A DNA stretch of 64,000 nucleotides from Candidatus Latescibacterota bacterium (GTDB taxonomy: Bacteria; Latescibacterota; UBA2968), in contig OZ240241.1 of the NCBI GenBank assembly GCA_965198115.1, positions 8,032,001 through 8,096,000 on the forward strand, written 5' to 3'. Positions 10,601 through 19,589 of the stretch are shown here, one piece after another (position 1 is the stretch's first letter; the number at the start of each line of letters is the position of its first letter). The notes beneath the pieces were generated by a model that saw nothing but the letters and a program-made list of their open reading frames with translations, did not search any database and was not told the origin of the DNA. The position numbers were made by a program, and so were the translations under genes.

Positions 10601-10765
10601 GGGCGTCTCCTCTCAGCTTTGCAGTCCATTGTTATGAGATCCCATCCGAGGTTGGCATTTGTAGAATCCAGCATTCGCCCGCAATTTACGCATTCTGAGC
10701 CCGGCACGTGAGGACCTTCCCTTATGTCCCGAGGTGTGAGGTGTGCGAAACAAACGGAGGCTGAG

Positions 10766-10980
10766 ATGAGCAAGCTGTCAGGCATCTTCCCTGCCACTGT
10801 CACCCGGTTTGACAGCGACGGGGCCTTCAACGCGGCGGCCATGCACAGGATCATTCGTCACCAACTGGAGGCCGGTGTTCACGGCCTCTACGTGTGCGGG
10901 GGCACCGGTGAGGGGTTGTTGCTGACGACGGCGGAACATCGGGCAATGATCGAGACTGTTGTCGACGAAGTCGCCGGTAA
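10766..10980 (+). pseudogene. DapA/NanA class I aldolase, N-terminal ~72 aa only, truncated by IS
   Basis: MSKLSGIFPATVT...GVHGLYVCGGTGEG...VAG, then runs into the ISAzo13 end. Confidence 0.85.
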
Positions 10981-10995
10981 GGGTTCAATAAATAA

Positions 10996-12415
10996 GGCTC
11001 TATCCGGGTTTCTCAACGGTGAAACTATAGAATGACAAGGTCATAGATCGTTCCCTACGCTTGGTTGTGTGTGTAGGACAATCAAAGCGAAGGGGGTGCG
11101 ACCTATGACCGGGAGCAGATTACTATCGAAACTGCTGAGATTCAAGGGGTTCCGTGTTGTCAGCTGGTGGTTTGAGGGGAGAAGCTGCTTCGTCATCGCC
11201 GTAAAGCCACATAAGAATGGTTGTTGTTGTCCGGAGTGCGGCCGTCGAGGTAAAATCGTCCGCACAATGCCCCATCCGCGTCGGTGGCGTGACATTCCGG
11301 TGTGCGGGTGGAGGGTCTGGCTTCTCTACCATCCTCGGGAGATTCGGTGTCCTACCCACGGTCGTGTGGTCGAGGAGATTCCGTGGGCGGAGCGGTTCTC
11401 TCGGGTGACGTATCGCTTCGAGTATGCCATGCTGCGCTACTGCCAGACCATGACGCAGAAGGCGGCGTCCGAGTTACTGCGCATCTCTGCCTCGACGCTG
11501 TCGGATCTCCTTCACCGATCCATCACGCGGCTTCGTGAAGGTCATCGTATCCGAGGGCTCAAAACCATCGGGATCGACGAGATCTCCTACGCCAAGCGTC
11601 ACAGGTACGCCACGCTCGTTTACGATCTGGACCGCTCCTGCGTGGTGTGGGTTGGCCGCGGCAGGGCGCGTAAAACGATCGATCGGTTCTTCACAGAGGC
11701 TCTCAGTCCCTACCGGAGATCCAAGATCGAGTGGGCCTGCTGCGACATGAGCGAAGCTTACATCGGAGCCATCCAGGAACACTGTCCGAATGCCAAGCTG
11801 GTCCTCGATCGCTTTCACATCGTCAAGGCTCTCAATGCCGCCGTTGACGAGGTCCGTAAGGACCAGTGGCGTAAAGCTGCCCCGGATGAGCGCAAAGCCA
11901 TGAAGGGCCTCCGATGGCTCCTCTACCGGCACTCAGCGACACGCTCCAGAGGGGATACTCGGACACTCAAAGCACTGGAGAAGGCGAACTACCGAATCTA
12001 TAGAGCCTGGAGACTCAAGGACGAGTTCGAGCAGTTCTGGGAATACAAAGCGCCCTGGGCTGCCGAACGCTTCCTGAAATGCTGGACGACGTCCGCACTC
12101 AGAAGTCGACTTGAACCCCTGCGAAAGTTCGTCAGGACCCTGCGACAGCACTTCTTCGGCGTCCTCGCATTCGTGAACACGCGTCTTACCAACGCCATCG
12201 CCAAAGGCCTCAACCGAATCGTCCAAATCGTCAAGAACCGAGCCAGCGGATTCCGCACACTCGACGCATTCAACGATATGATCTTCCTTACCGTCGGAGA
12301 CATAAACATCCCTGAGCAGATTCCGAAGAGGTTCCGCACACGCTAACCGCGCCCCCATGCCAGGAACCACGGCACCTTCACCCACTTCATCTCGTTGAGA
12401 GATCCGAATATAGCC
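10996..12415 (+). mobile_element. ISL3-family IS, copy 2 (transposase 11069-12346)
   Basis: Near-identical to 1048-2467; 8-bp TSD ATAAATAA at 10988-10995 and 12416-12423. Confidence 0.95.
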
Positions 12416-12983
12416 ATAAATAAACGGTCGATCTCAATGTTGAGCCATTGGCCGGATCGTGTAGTTCCAGTCGCCGTGGAAATCGTGCGGAGTGAGATCG
12501 ATTTGGGTCATCTGTTCATCGGTCACCTTGACCCCGTTAGGGTAGGGTCGCTTGTCGATCTCGGAGCGTACTCGGAGACCGGCTTGAGTGGTCGTTCCGG
12601 CAATGAGATTCACGGTTGCAGCCAGGCTGACCAGGGGCTTGCCTCGCCAGTTCATAGCGATGAAGGAGAACAGGCGATGTTCGATCTTGTTCCACTTACT
12701 AGTGCCAGGAGGGTAGTGGCATACGGTGATCGTCAGGCCAGTGCGATTCGCAAAGCGCTGCAGCTCCCACTTCCACAGCCGCGTCTTGGCGCCGTTGCTG
12801 CCGCCTGCGTCCGCCGTGATTAGCAGATGCGTCGAAGTGCCGTAGGCGGGCCGTCCCATGTTCTTCCACCAACTTCGGATCGCATTCACGGCGAAGCTGG
12901 CCGTGTCGTGATCGATACCGACACTTACCCAGCCTTCATCACGGCTCAGATCATACACTCCATAAGGGATCGCCTTGCCCTGA

Positions 12984-14277
12984 GGATTTGCCACGAAATA
13001 AGTGCTGCACTTTTCAAGGTAATGATCTTACGCTCGGAGTGTGGACGTCGAAACTCTCCGAACGAAGTATGAAGCCTTGGCTCCGGTGCTGACGGAACGC
13101 ACGCGTCGTCTGTGGGCCGCCACGGAAGCCGAAGCGTTGGGTCACGGTGGGATCGCGATTGTGGCTCTGGCGACAGGAATGTCCAGAGAGCGGATCTTTC
13201 GTGGCATTCAGGAGTTGAGGTCGGACGAACCTTTGGACCCGGCTCGCATCCGGCGTCCAGGCGGCGGTCGTAAGCGGAAGGCCGACACGGACCCGACGCT
13301 GTGGCAGGACCTGAATGATCTGGTCGAGCCAACGACTGCGGGGTCGCCTGACGACAATCCTCTGAGATGGACATCGAAGAGCACTCGCAAACTGGCCGCC
13401 GAGTTGCAAGCGATGGGGCATTCGGTGAGCCCCAGGATCGTTGCCAATCTCCTGCACGAACACGATTACACGCTGCAGGCGAATCGGAAGACAAGGGAGG
13501 GATCTGCACACCCGGATCGGGACGCTCAGTTCGTTTACCTCGATGATCGGATTAGCCAGCAGCAGCAGCAGGGCCTTCCCGTTATCTCGGTGGACACCAA
13601 GAAGAAAGAGTTGATCGGCGACTTCAAGAATCCTGGCCGAGAATGGCGACCCAAGGGAGACCCGGAGCGTGTGAAGGTACACGATTTCATAGTGCCTGCT
13701 CAGGGCAAGGCGATCCCTTATGGAGTGTATGATCTGAGCCGTGATGAAGGCTGGGTAAGTGTCGGTATCGATCACGACACGGCCAGCTTCGCCGTGAATG
13801 CGATCCGAAGTTGGTGGAAGAACATGGGACGGCCCGCCTACGGCACTTCGACGCATCTGCTAATCACGGCGGACGCAGGCGGCAGCAACGGCGCCAAGAC
13901 GCGGCTGTGGAAGTGGGAGCTGCAGCGCTTTGCGAATCGCACTGGCCTGACGATCACCGTATGCCACTACCCTCCTGGCACTAGTAAGTGGAACAAGATC
14001 GAACATCGCCTGTTCTCCTTCATCGCTATGAACTGGCGAGGCAAGCCCCTGGTCAGCCTGGCTGCAACCGTGAATCTCATTGCCGGAACGACCACTCAAG
14101 CCGGTCTCCGAGTACGCTCCGAGATCGACAAGCGACCCTACCCTAACGGGGTCAAGGTGACCGATGAACAGATGACCCAAATCGATCTCACTCCGCACGA
14201 TTTCCACGGCGACTGGAACTACACGATCCGGCCAATGGCTCAACATTGAGATCGACCGTTTATTTATTCGCGAACCC
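12984..14277 (+). mobile_element. ISAzo13-family IS, inner intact copy
   Basis: Ends GGATTTGCCACGAAATAA and TTATTTATTCGCGAACCC; TSD TGA at 12981-12983 and 14278-14280. Confidence 0.95.
13041..14249 (+). CDS. ISAzo13 (Rhodopirellula-type) DDE transposase
   Basis: ISVDTKKKELIG, ITADAGGSN and PPGTSKWNKIEHRLF motifs. Confidence 0.95.
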   Translation: MDVETLRTKYEALAPVLTERTRRLWAATEAEALGHGGIAIVALATGMSRERIFRGIQELRSDEPLDPARIRRPGGGRKRKADTDPTLWQDLNDLVEPTTAGSPDDNPLRWTSKSTRKLAAELQAMGHSVSPRIVANLLHEHDYTLQANRKTREGSAHPDRDAQFVYLDDRISQQQQQGLPVISVDTKKKELIGDFKNPGREWRPKGDPERVKVHDFIVPAQGKAIPYGVYDLSRDEGWVSVGIDHDTASFAVNAIRSWWKNMGRPAYGTSTHLLITADAGGSNGAKTRLWKWELQRFANRTGLTITVCHYPPGTSKWNKIEHRLFSFIAMNWRGKPLVSLAATVNLIAGTTTQAGLRVRSEIDKRPYPNGVKVTDEQMTQIDLTPHDFHGDWNYTIRPMAQH

Positions 14278-15200
14278 TGAGCAGGCACTATGAAATCGTG
14301 TACCTTCACACGCTCCGGGTCTCCCTTGGGTCGCCATTCTCGGCCAGGATTCTTGAAGTCGCCGATCAACTCTTTCTTCTTGGTGTCCACCGAGATAACG
14401 GGAAGGCCCTGCTGCTGCTGCTGGCTAATCCGATCATCGAGGTAAACGAACTGAGCGTCCCGATCCGGGTGTGCAGATCCCTCCCTTGTCTTCCGATTCG
14501 CCTGCAGCGTGTAATCGTGTTCGTGCAGGAGATTGGCAACGATCCTGGGGCTCACCGAATGCCCCATCGCTTGCAACTCGGCGGCCAGTTTGCGAGTGCT
14601 CTTCGATGTCCATCTCAGAGGATTGTCGTCAGGCGACCCCGCAGTCGTTGGCTCGACCAGATCATTCAGGTCCTGCCACAGCGTCGGGTCCGTGTCGGCC
14701 TTCCGCTTACGACCGCCGCCTGGACGCCGGATGCGAGCCGGGTCCAAAGGTTCGTCCGACCTCAACTCCTGAATGCCACGAAAGATCCGCTCTCTGGACA
14801 TTCCTGTCGCCAGAGCCACAATCGCGATCCCACCGTGACCCAACGCTTCGGCTTCCGTGGCGGCCCACAGACGACGCGTGCGTTCCGTCAGCACCGGAGC
14901 CAAGGCTTCATACTTCGTTCGGAGAGTTTCGACGTCCACACTCCGAGCGTAAGATCATTACCTTGAAAAGTGCAGCACTTATTTCGTGGCAAACCCTAAA
15001 CAGCAATTTACACCTTCGCGCCTGCGTGCACGCACGAAAGAGAACGAGATGAGCACGTGGCCGACATCCGACGATACGACAACGGCACACGCGTAACCGA
15101 CATCGTTGCTTTTCTGCACGTGAAACTGCTGACGGGCCGACCCGGTCATGAGTCAGTGAACCCCTGAACGTAGAGGACACTGATTGTCTGGAGGGTCGTC

Positions 15201-15740
15201 ATGCTCAGAGCGCTGTTGTGTGCGGTTGCCTTGGTGTCTTGCCAGGACCGGCTTGCCTACCTGCAGCAAACCTGCGGAGGAACCTGGGAGTTGCAGTCGA
15301 GGGAGCTGTCTGACGGAACGGTCTTGCATCGACCGGATGTCGTTGGATTGATGTACTGGCACGCCATCGACACGCGAAAAGCACACGTCACCGTGACGAT
15401 TATAGCCAAGGGTGAACACTTCAGGCTGGATCACTCGGCAAGCACTTACGAAATCTCCACTTCCGCAATCACCCGGAAGCGACACTTCCTCGCCAAGAAG
15501 GGCTACAGACCGACAGAGGTTGGAGTTCAGAGCTATTCGGTGGAACTCACACGAAAGGGGAAACTATCGATCGAAGATGACGACTCGATCGTCATGACGC
15601 ATCTGGCCATTCCCGATGAAGCCAGTCATCGAGGCGACCAAATAGGGTACAGGCAGGTGTTCCAGGGGAACACCATGGTTGCCTCCTATCAGGACACCTT
15701 CAGGGACACGTGGAAAAAGCTGACACCATCCGGCCAATGA
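15201..15740 (+). CDS. Hypothetical lipoprotein
   Basis: RBS GGAGG; signal peptide with lipobox-like LVSC. Confidence 0.65.
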   Translation: MLRALLCAVALVSCQDRLAYLQQTCGGTWELQSRELSDGTVLHRPDVVGLMYWHAIDTRKAHVTVTIIAKGEHFRLDHSASTYEISTSAITRKRHFLAKKGYRPTEVGVQSYSVELTRKGKLSIEDDDSIVMTHLAIPDEASHRGDQIGYRQVFQGNTMVASYQDTFRDTWKKLTPSGQ

Positions 15741-15818
15741 TCTGATCGAACAACCAGGTCATCTGTTCCAGCCAAGGTCCGTGTAGCTGGCTTCAGGGGC
15801 GAAGCCGTCTCCGCTTTG

Positions 15819-16835
15819 TCACTGGTCAATGCCTGCCATCCACAATTCTCCAAACCCCTCCGTCATCTTGATGTAGGGTCTTCCCTCATCGTCCAACAGG
15901 ACGAAACACCCTTCGATACCCTCCGTCGCAGTGATGAAGGCAAGCCCATCTTCTACGCCCATCACGAAGGCCGCCGTCGCTGCCGCATCCACCAGCGCTT
16001 CGTCCGGACCCACGACGGTCACACTCGCGACCGCATCCACAGGCTGACCCGAACGCGGATCCAGAATATGGCCGTAACGACGACCTCCGATCCTCACAAA
16101 ACGCTCATAACCTCCCGAGGTCGCCACGGAGGCATCTCTGACGTGCAACGGACCCAGGACCCCTTCCTGGCGCGTGGGATCCTGTAGGGCAACCGGACCC
16201 TGTGCCTCTTCGCCGAAAACCATCAGATTTCCACCTAGATCCACCGTGCCGGCGACCGCGCCCTCCCCCAGCATGGCCTCCCGCGACAGCCCCAACGAAT
16301 AGCCCTTGGCAATGCCGCCCAGATCCACGCCTGTCACCGGAGATGCGAGCCGCAATCGCGATCCTGCCGAATCGAAAGAGATTAGCTGGTAACCGACTCC
16401 GGAAAGCACCGAATCGATCGCTCCCGCAGTCGGAATACACGTGACGCCACCGCGGAATCCCCACAGATACATCAAGGGAAGCACGGTTGGATCGAAAGCG
16501 CCGCCCGTTGCCTTCGCCACGCGGACCGCACGCTCGACGACCGCGAATGTGTGCGTATCGACCGAAACCCACCCACGGGATCCCTCCGCGTTCAACCGAG
16601 ATACGTCGCTGTTCGTCCGGTACGTGCTCATGAGGTCGTCGACGCGATGGAGGGCCCCGAACCCACGGTCTATCGCCCGCTTACACGTGACGGAGTCAGG
16701 CCCCCACGCTTGGACACGCGCGAGTGTGCCCATCACGAGCTCGACACGCTCGACGCGCACAACGAGGTCGTCGCTCGCCACCACAGGTGTGGCGACAGCT
16801 ATGACAAGGGAAAGGAGACTAGAAACTGGACCCAC
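15819..16835 (-). CDS. apbE: FAD:protein FMN transferase
   Basis: VMGT, GAFDPTV, DLGGIAKGY, VATSGGYER, HILDPRSG and DAAATA motifs. Confidence 0.95.
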   Translation of the reverse strand: MGPVSSLLSLVIAVATPVVASDDLVVRVERVELVMGTLARVQAWGPDSVTCKRAIDRGFGALHRVDDLMSTYRTNSDVSRLNAEGSRGWVSVDTHTFAVVERAVRVAKATGGAFDPTVLPLMYLWGFRGGVTCIPTAGAIDSVLSGVGYQLISFDSAGSRLRLASPVTGVDLGGIAKGYSLGLSREAMLGEGAVAGTVDLGGNLMVFGEEAQGPVALQDPTRQEGVLGPLHVRDASVATSGGYERFVRIGGRRYGHILDPRSGQPVDAVASVTVVGPDEALVDAAATAAFVMGVEDGLAFITATEGIEGCFVLLDDEGRPYIKMTEGFGELWMAGIDQ

Positions 16836-17616
16836 GACGGGGTTTGTTGTTCCATCGTCTGAGCAGGAGAAGACCTGTCACGACGAGTGAAACGAGGGCG
16901 ATACCGGCGCCATCGTGCACGTAGCGGAACCAATCTGCGAAATAGTAGCCGGTATGGATCTGATGGATGACTTTGTATAGATCGAATGAAGAGGCATCTC
17001 CAGACGGCCGCCAGCTCGTTCCGCCGGATTCGCTCACGAAGAGACCGGAGGAGGTAACGAGGGTCATCTTCTCCGACGGGCCGATCGCCAATCGCTCCAG
17101 CCGGATTCCCTCCGCAGCCGGACGGAACCCGATCGTAAAGGGTTCCCAAACGGTCCCGCCATCGATCGAACGAATCAGCCCGTAGTCCTCGAGCGCAATA
17201 TAGATACGCTTCGAGCTGCCTGGAACAAAGACGATGTCGACCACCCCCTCGGCCGGGAACAGCATCGGGACTTCCTCCCACGTGTTTCCGCCGTCGACCG
17301 AGCGTTCGAGTGCTCGATCCGATCCGCGATAGACCACGGAAGCATCGGACGGGTCGTAGGCGACGACCTCGGTGCGCTCGGCGTTGACGCCGAACAGCTC
17401 AGGGTGGTTCAGCACGACGCCCGTCACCGCAAGTGAGATAACAAAGAGGGCCGACACGCCGCCGATCCAGCGATGCCAGGTGCGAAGGTTCTCGTTCAAC
17501 TGCCTGCCTCGACCGTTCGATGCACGTCGCCGAGCCGTCCGGCGCCACGAGAGAGGGTTTTTCCACCGACGAGTGGACGTGGTCGTCGCGCGTTCATGCT
17601 CGGATGAAATAGCCAC
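16819..17616 (-). CDS. PepSY-associated TM (cytochrome b-like) protein with Asp-box repeats
   Basis: LRTWHRWIG...TGVVLNH and IHQIHTG His motifs; three SxD/SGGxTW-type repeats. GTG start is inferred. Confidence 0.8.
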   Translation of the reverse strand: MAISSEHERATTTSTRRWKNPLSWRRTARRRASNGRGRQLNENLRTWHRWIGGVSALFVISLAVTGVVLNHPELFGVNAERTEVVAYDPSDASVVYRGSDRALERSVDGGNTWEEVPMLFPAEGVVDIVFVPGSSKRIYIALEDYGLIRSIDGGTVWEPFTIGFRPAAEGIRLERLAIGPSEKMTLVTSSGLFVSESGGTSWRPSGDASSFDLYKVIHQIHTGYYFADWFRYVHDGAGIALVSLVVTGLLLLRRWNNKPRRGSSF

Positions 17617-17617
17617 G

Positions 17618-18196
17618 TCAATCTTCCCTCTGCGGGTAAGCCGCATCCACGACAGCCAACGCCTTCTTCACACCTGCGTTCAAAGCCCTCACAGATAGCG
17701 TCGCCCCCGTCACGCCAATGATGTCACGGTTGATCCTAATCGAGCTCTTCAAGCCTTTGCCTCGATACTGCCTCAGGAAACGCTGACGACGGACCTCGCC
17801 CCCACGCGATTCCCTATAAACCATCACGTGCACCGCTTCGACTTTTCGATCCTCGTCGATCTTCGTCAGAAAGGTAATTGGTCTGTAAAGCCCGATCTCG
17901 TTGCTGACAATCGCAAATCCCATCGGCTTGCCACCCCCAACTCCTCGGTGAATCGTGTAGGTCGAGTCGACCACGCGCCACCCAAGACGTCGCTCTAGCG
18001 CCCGAAGGTCTTCTCGCTCGGCCGTCCTCGTTTCCGCCCAAACGGTATCCGCCTCTTCGAAGACCTCTTCCAGCGCTTCCTCAAGGGTCAGGTAAACGAC
18101 GATGTGTTCCGGACCATCCGGACTCTCCGCAGGAAGCTGCGCGCTGGCATCGATCGCCAGACAGAACGTCAATAGGAGAATCAGATCACTTCCCAC
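17618..18196 (-). CDS. Periplasmic FMN-binding (flavinylated) protein
   Basis: Signal peptide; YRESRG...FLRQYRGK...DIIGVTGATLS matches the [S/T]GA[S/T] flavinylation motif. Confidence 0.9.
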   Translation of the reverse strand: MGSDLILLLTFCLAIDASAQLPAESPDGPEHIVVYLTLEEALEEVFEEADTVWAETRTAEREDLRALERRLGWRVVDSTYTIHRGVGGGKPMGFAIVSNEIGLYRPITFLTKIDEDRKVEAVHVMVYRESRGGEVRRQRFLRQYRGKGLKSSIRINRDIIGVTGATLSVRALNAGVKKALAVVDAAYPQRED

Positions 18197-18203
18197 CTCC
18201 GGC

Positions 18204-18281
18204 TAAGCCGCCGTGCTCTGCACGGGCATGTGGCCTCAGCCGGTTAGCCAAACTCGGGATGTCACCGTGCAAAGCACGGGG
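18204..18281. repeat. REP-like palindromic doublet
   Basis: CCGTGC-TCT-GCACGG (18211-18225) and CCGTGC-AAA-GCACGG (18265-18279). Confidence 0.55.
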
Positions 18282-18324
18282 ACGAGCGTGAAGCCGGGCT
18301 TTCGTGTATTTCGTGGTTCCTGGT

Positions 18325-19473
18325 TCAGAAGTACGTCGACACCGAAAAAAAGAACCGCCCTGCTACGCCGCCTCGAGCCCCGTTGGCCGGTGTCTTCCAG
18401 ATCGACGCATAGTCGAACTTGAACACCGCGTCCTCGACCGGGCGGAAGTTGAGGCCCAACGTCAACCCCAGCTCGGAGTCGCCCTTCGCGTCCGTGTCGT
18501 AGTCCACCCAATCCCATCGGACCACACCCGTGAAGACCGAGCCGGGCAGGAAATGATCGTGACCGAAGTGGACATTCGCCTGTCCGTATGCGCCTTGCTG
18601 TGACTCCGCCGTGGCTGGATGGGCTGTCAGGTCGACATCCGCGGCGACCCGTCCGTACTCACCCTGCACCTCCCAGATACCTCTGACGACCTTCGCGTCG
18701 AGCCCGAGAATCGTCAGGTTGTGATCGCCTGCGTCGTCGTAGGCTCCTGTGTGAATCGATGCACCGAAGTTCATGCCCAACCGTGGACTCAGCCCGAATC
18801 GGGCGGTGACCGCCTTGTTCTGGTTGTTGTCGCTCTTCTGACTTCCACGCCCACCTCGAACGCGAAGTCCGCCGGAACTGCTGATGACCTTGTCGTTGAA
18901 CCCATTGACGACGTAGATCTCGTAAGACGCCACAGAGAGTTCGGAGGGGTAAAAGGTCCCGTAAAAACCCATCCCCGATTCGCTCAACGTCGATGGCATG
19001 ATCTGCCGGTTGACCGTCGGACGTTCGGTCAGGTCGTTGAGCGGACTGTCGTGCAGCAGATTGAAGACACCCAGCGGAGCGAGAATGACACCGCCACGAT
19101 AGTTGAAGCTTTCGGTGAACTCGAAGTCCATCACGGCATACTCGAGCTTGATCTCCCCGTCCGTCGTCCCTCCTCCCTTGACGAAGCCGCCGTGTTCGAA
19201 CTCAATCTCCGCCGTCACCCGGACCCGATTGCTGACCTGACCGTAGATGAAAGGAATGAACCGATGCTGATCGAACGTGCTCTTTCCCCCCTCGTTCCAC
19301 TCGAATTCGTGGTCCAGGTAACCCCCGATCGTCACCCCGCGACCGGCGCGCCTCAGGTAGGGTTTGTCGTAGATTCCCCCCGGTAGCTCCGGACGGGGTT
19401 CCTTCTCCTCACCGACCGAAGGGGACGGCAGGGTGAAGAACAGCCCCAGGAGAACCAGAAATGCCCGCGACAT
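18325..19473 (-). CDS. Outer-membrane porin (OprO/P-like beta-barrel)
   Basis: RBS GGAGG; signal peptide; EIEFEHGG...EIKLEYA; alternating beta pattern; C-terminal YF. Confidence 0.8.
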   Translation of the reverse strand: MSRAFLVLLGLFFTLPSPSVGEEKEPRPELPGGIYDKPYLRRAGRGVTIGGYLDHEFEWNEGGKSTFDQHRFIPFIYGQVSNRVRVTAEIEFEHGGFVKGGGTTDGEIKLEYAVMDFEFTESFNYRGGVILAPLGVFNLLHDSPLNDLTERPTVNRQIMPSTLSESGMGFYGTFYPSELSVASYEIYVVNGFNDKVISSSGGLRVRGGRGSQKSDNNQNKAVTARFGLSPRLGMNFGASIHTGAYDDAGDHNLTILGLDAKVVRGIWEVQGEYGRVAADVDLTAHPATAESQQGAYGQANVHFGHDHFLPGSVFTGVVRWDWVDYDTDAKGDSELGLTLGLNFRPVEDAVFKFDYASIWKTPANGARGGVAGRFFFSVSTYF

Positions 19474-19513
19474 CCGCCACCTCCGAAACCCATTTGTTAT
19501 GCTAGTCATACTT

Positions 19514-19573
19514 ATGTTTTATATGCCAAACATCTGATAACTTCATTATACACGCGGGCTATACCTGTGTCAA
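19514..19573 (-). promoter_or_regulatory. Sigma70 promoter plus palindromic operator for the porin operon
   Basis: TTGACA-17-TATAAT on the minus strand (19573-19545); palindrome ATGTTT-N8-AAACAT at 19514-19533. Confidence 0.85.
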
Positions 19574-19589
19574 CCCGATTTTTCACGAA

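Larger units (their letters stand above)
10981..14996 (-). mobile_element. ISAzo13-family element (outer copy), interrupted by an ISL3 and a second ISAzo13
   Basis: Ends GGGTTC(AATAAATAA) and GTGGCAAACCC, with TAA on each side. Transposase halves lie at 14281-14939 and 12434-12983. Confidence 0.9.

Noticed and set aside
12395-15052. Repeated 280/222/187-aa ORFs in ISAzo13 copies
   Set aside because: Antisense frames of the transposase, repeated only because the IS is repeated.
15625-15640. RGD tripeptide in the lipoprotein near an integrin-like FG-GAP gene
   Set aside because: A tripeptide match is expected by chance, and the genes are separated by a rearrangement.
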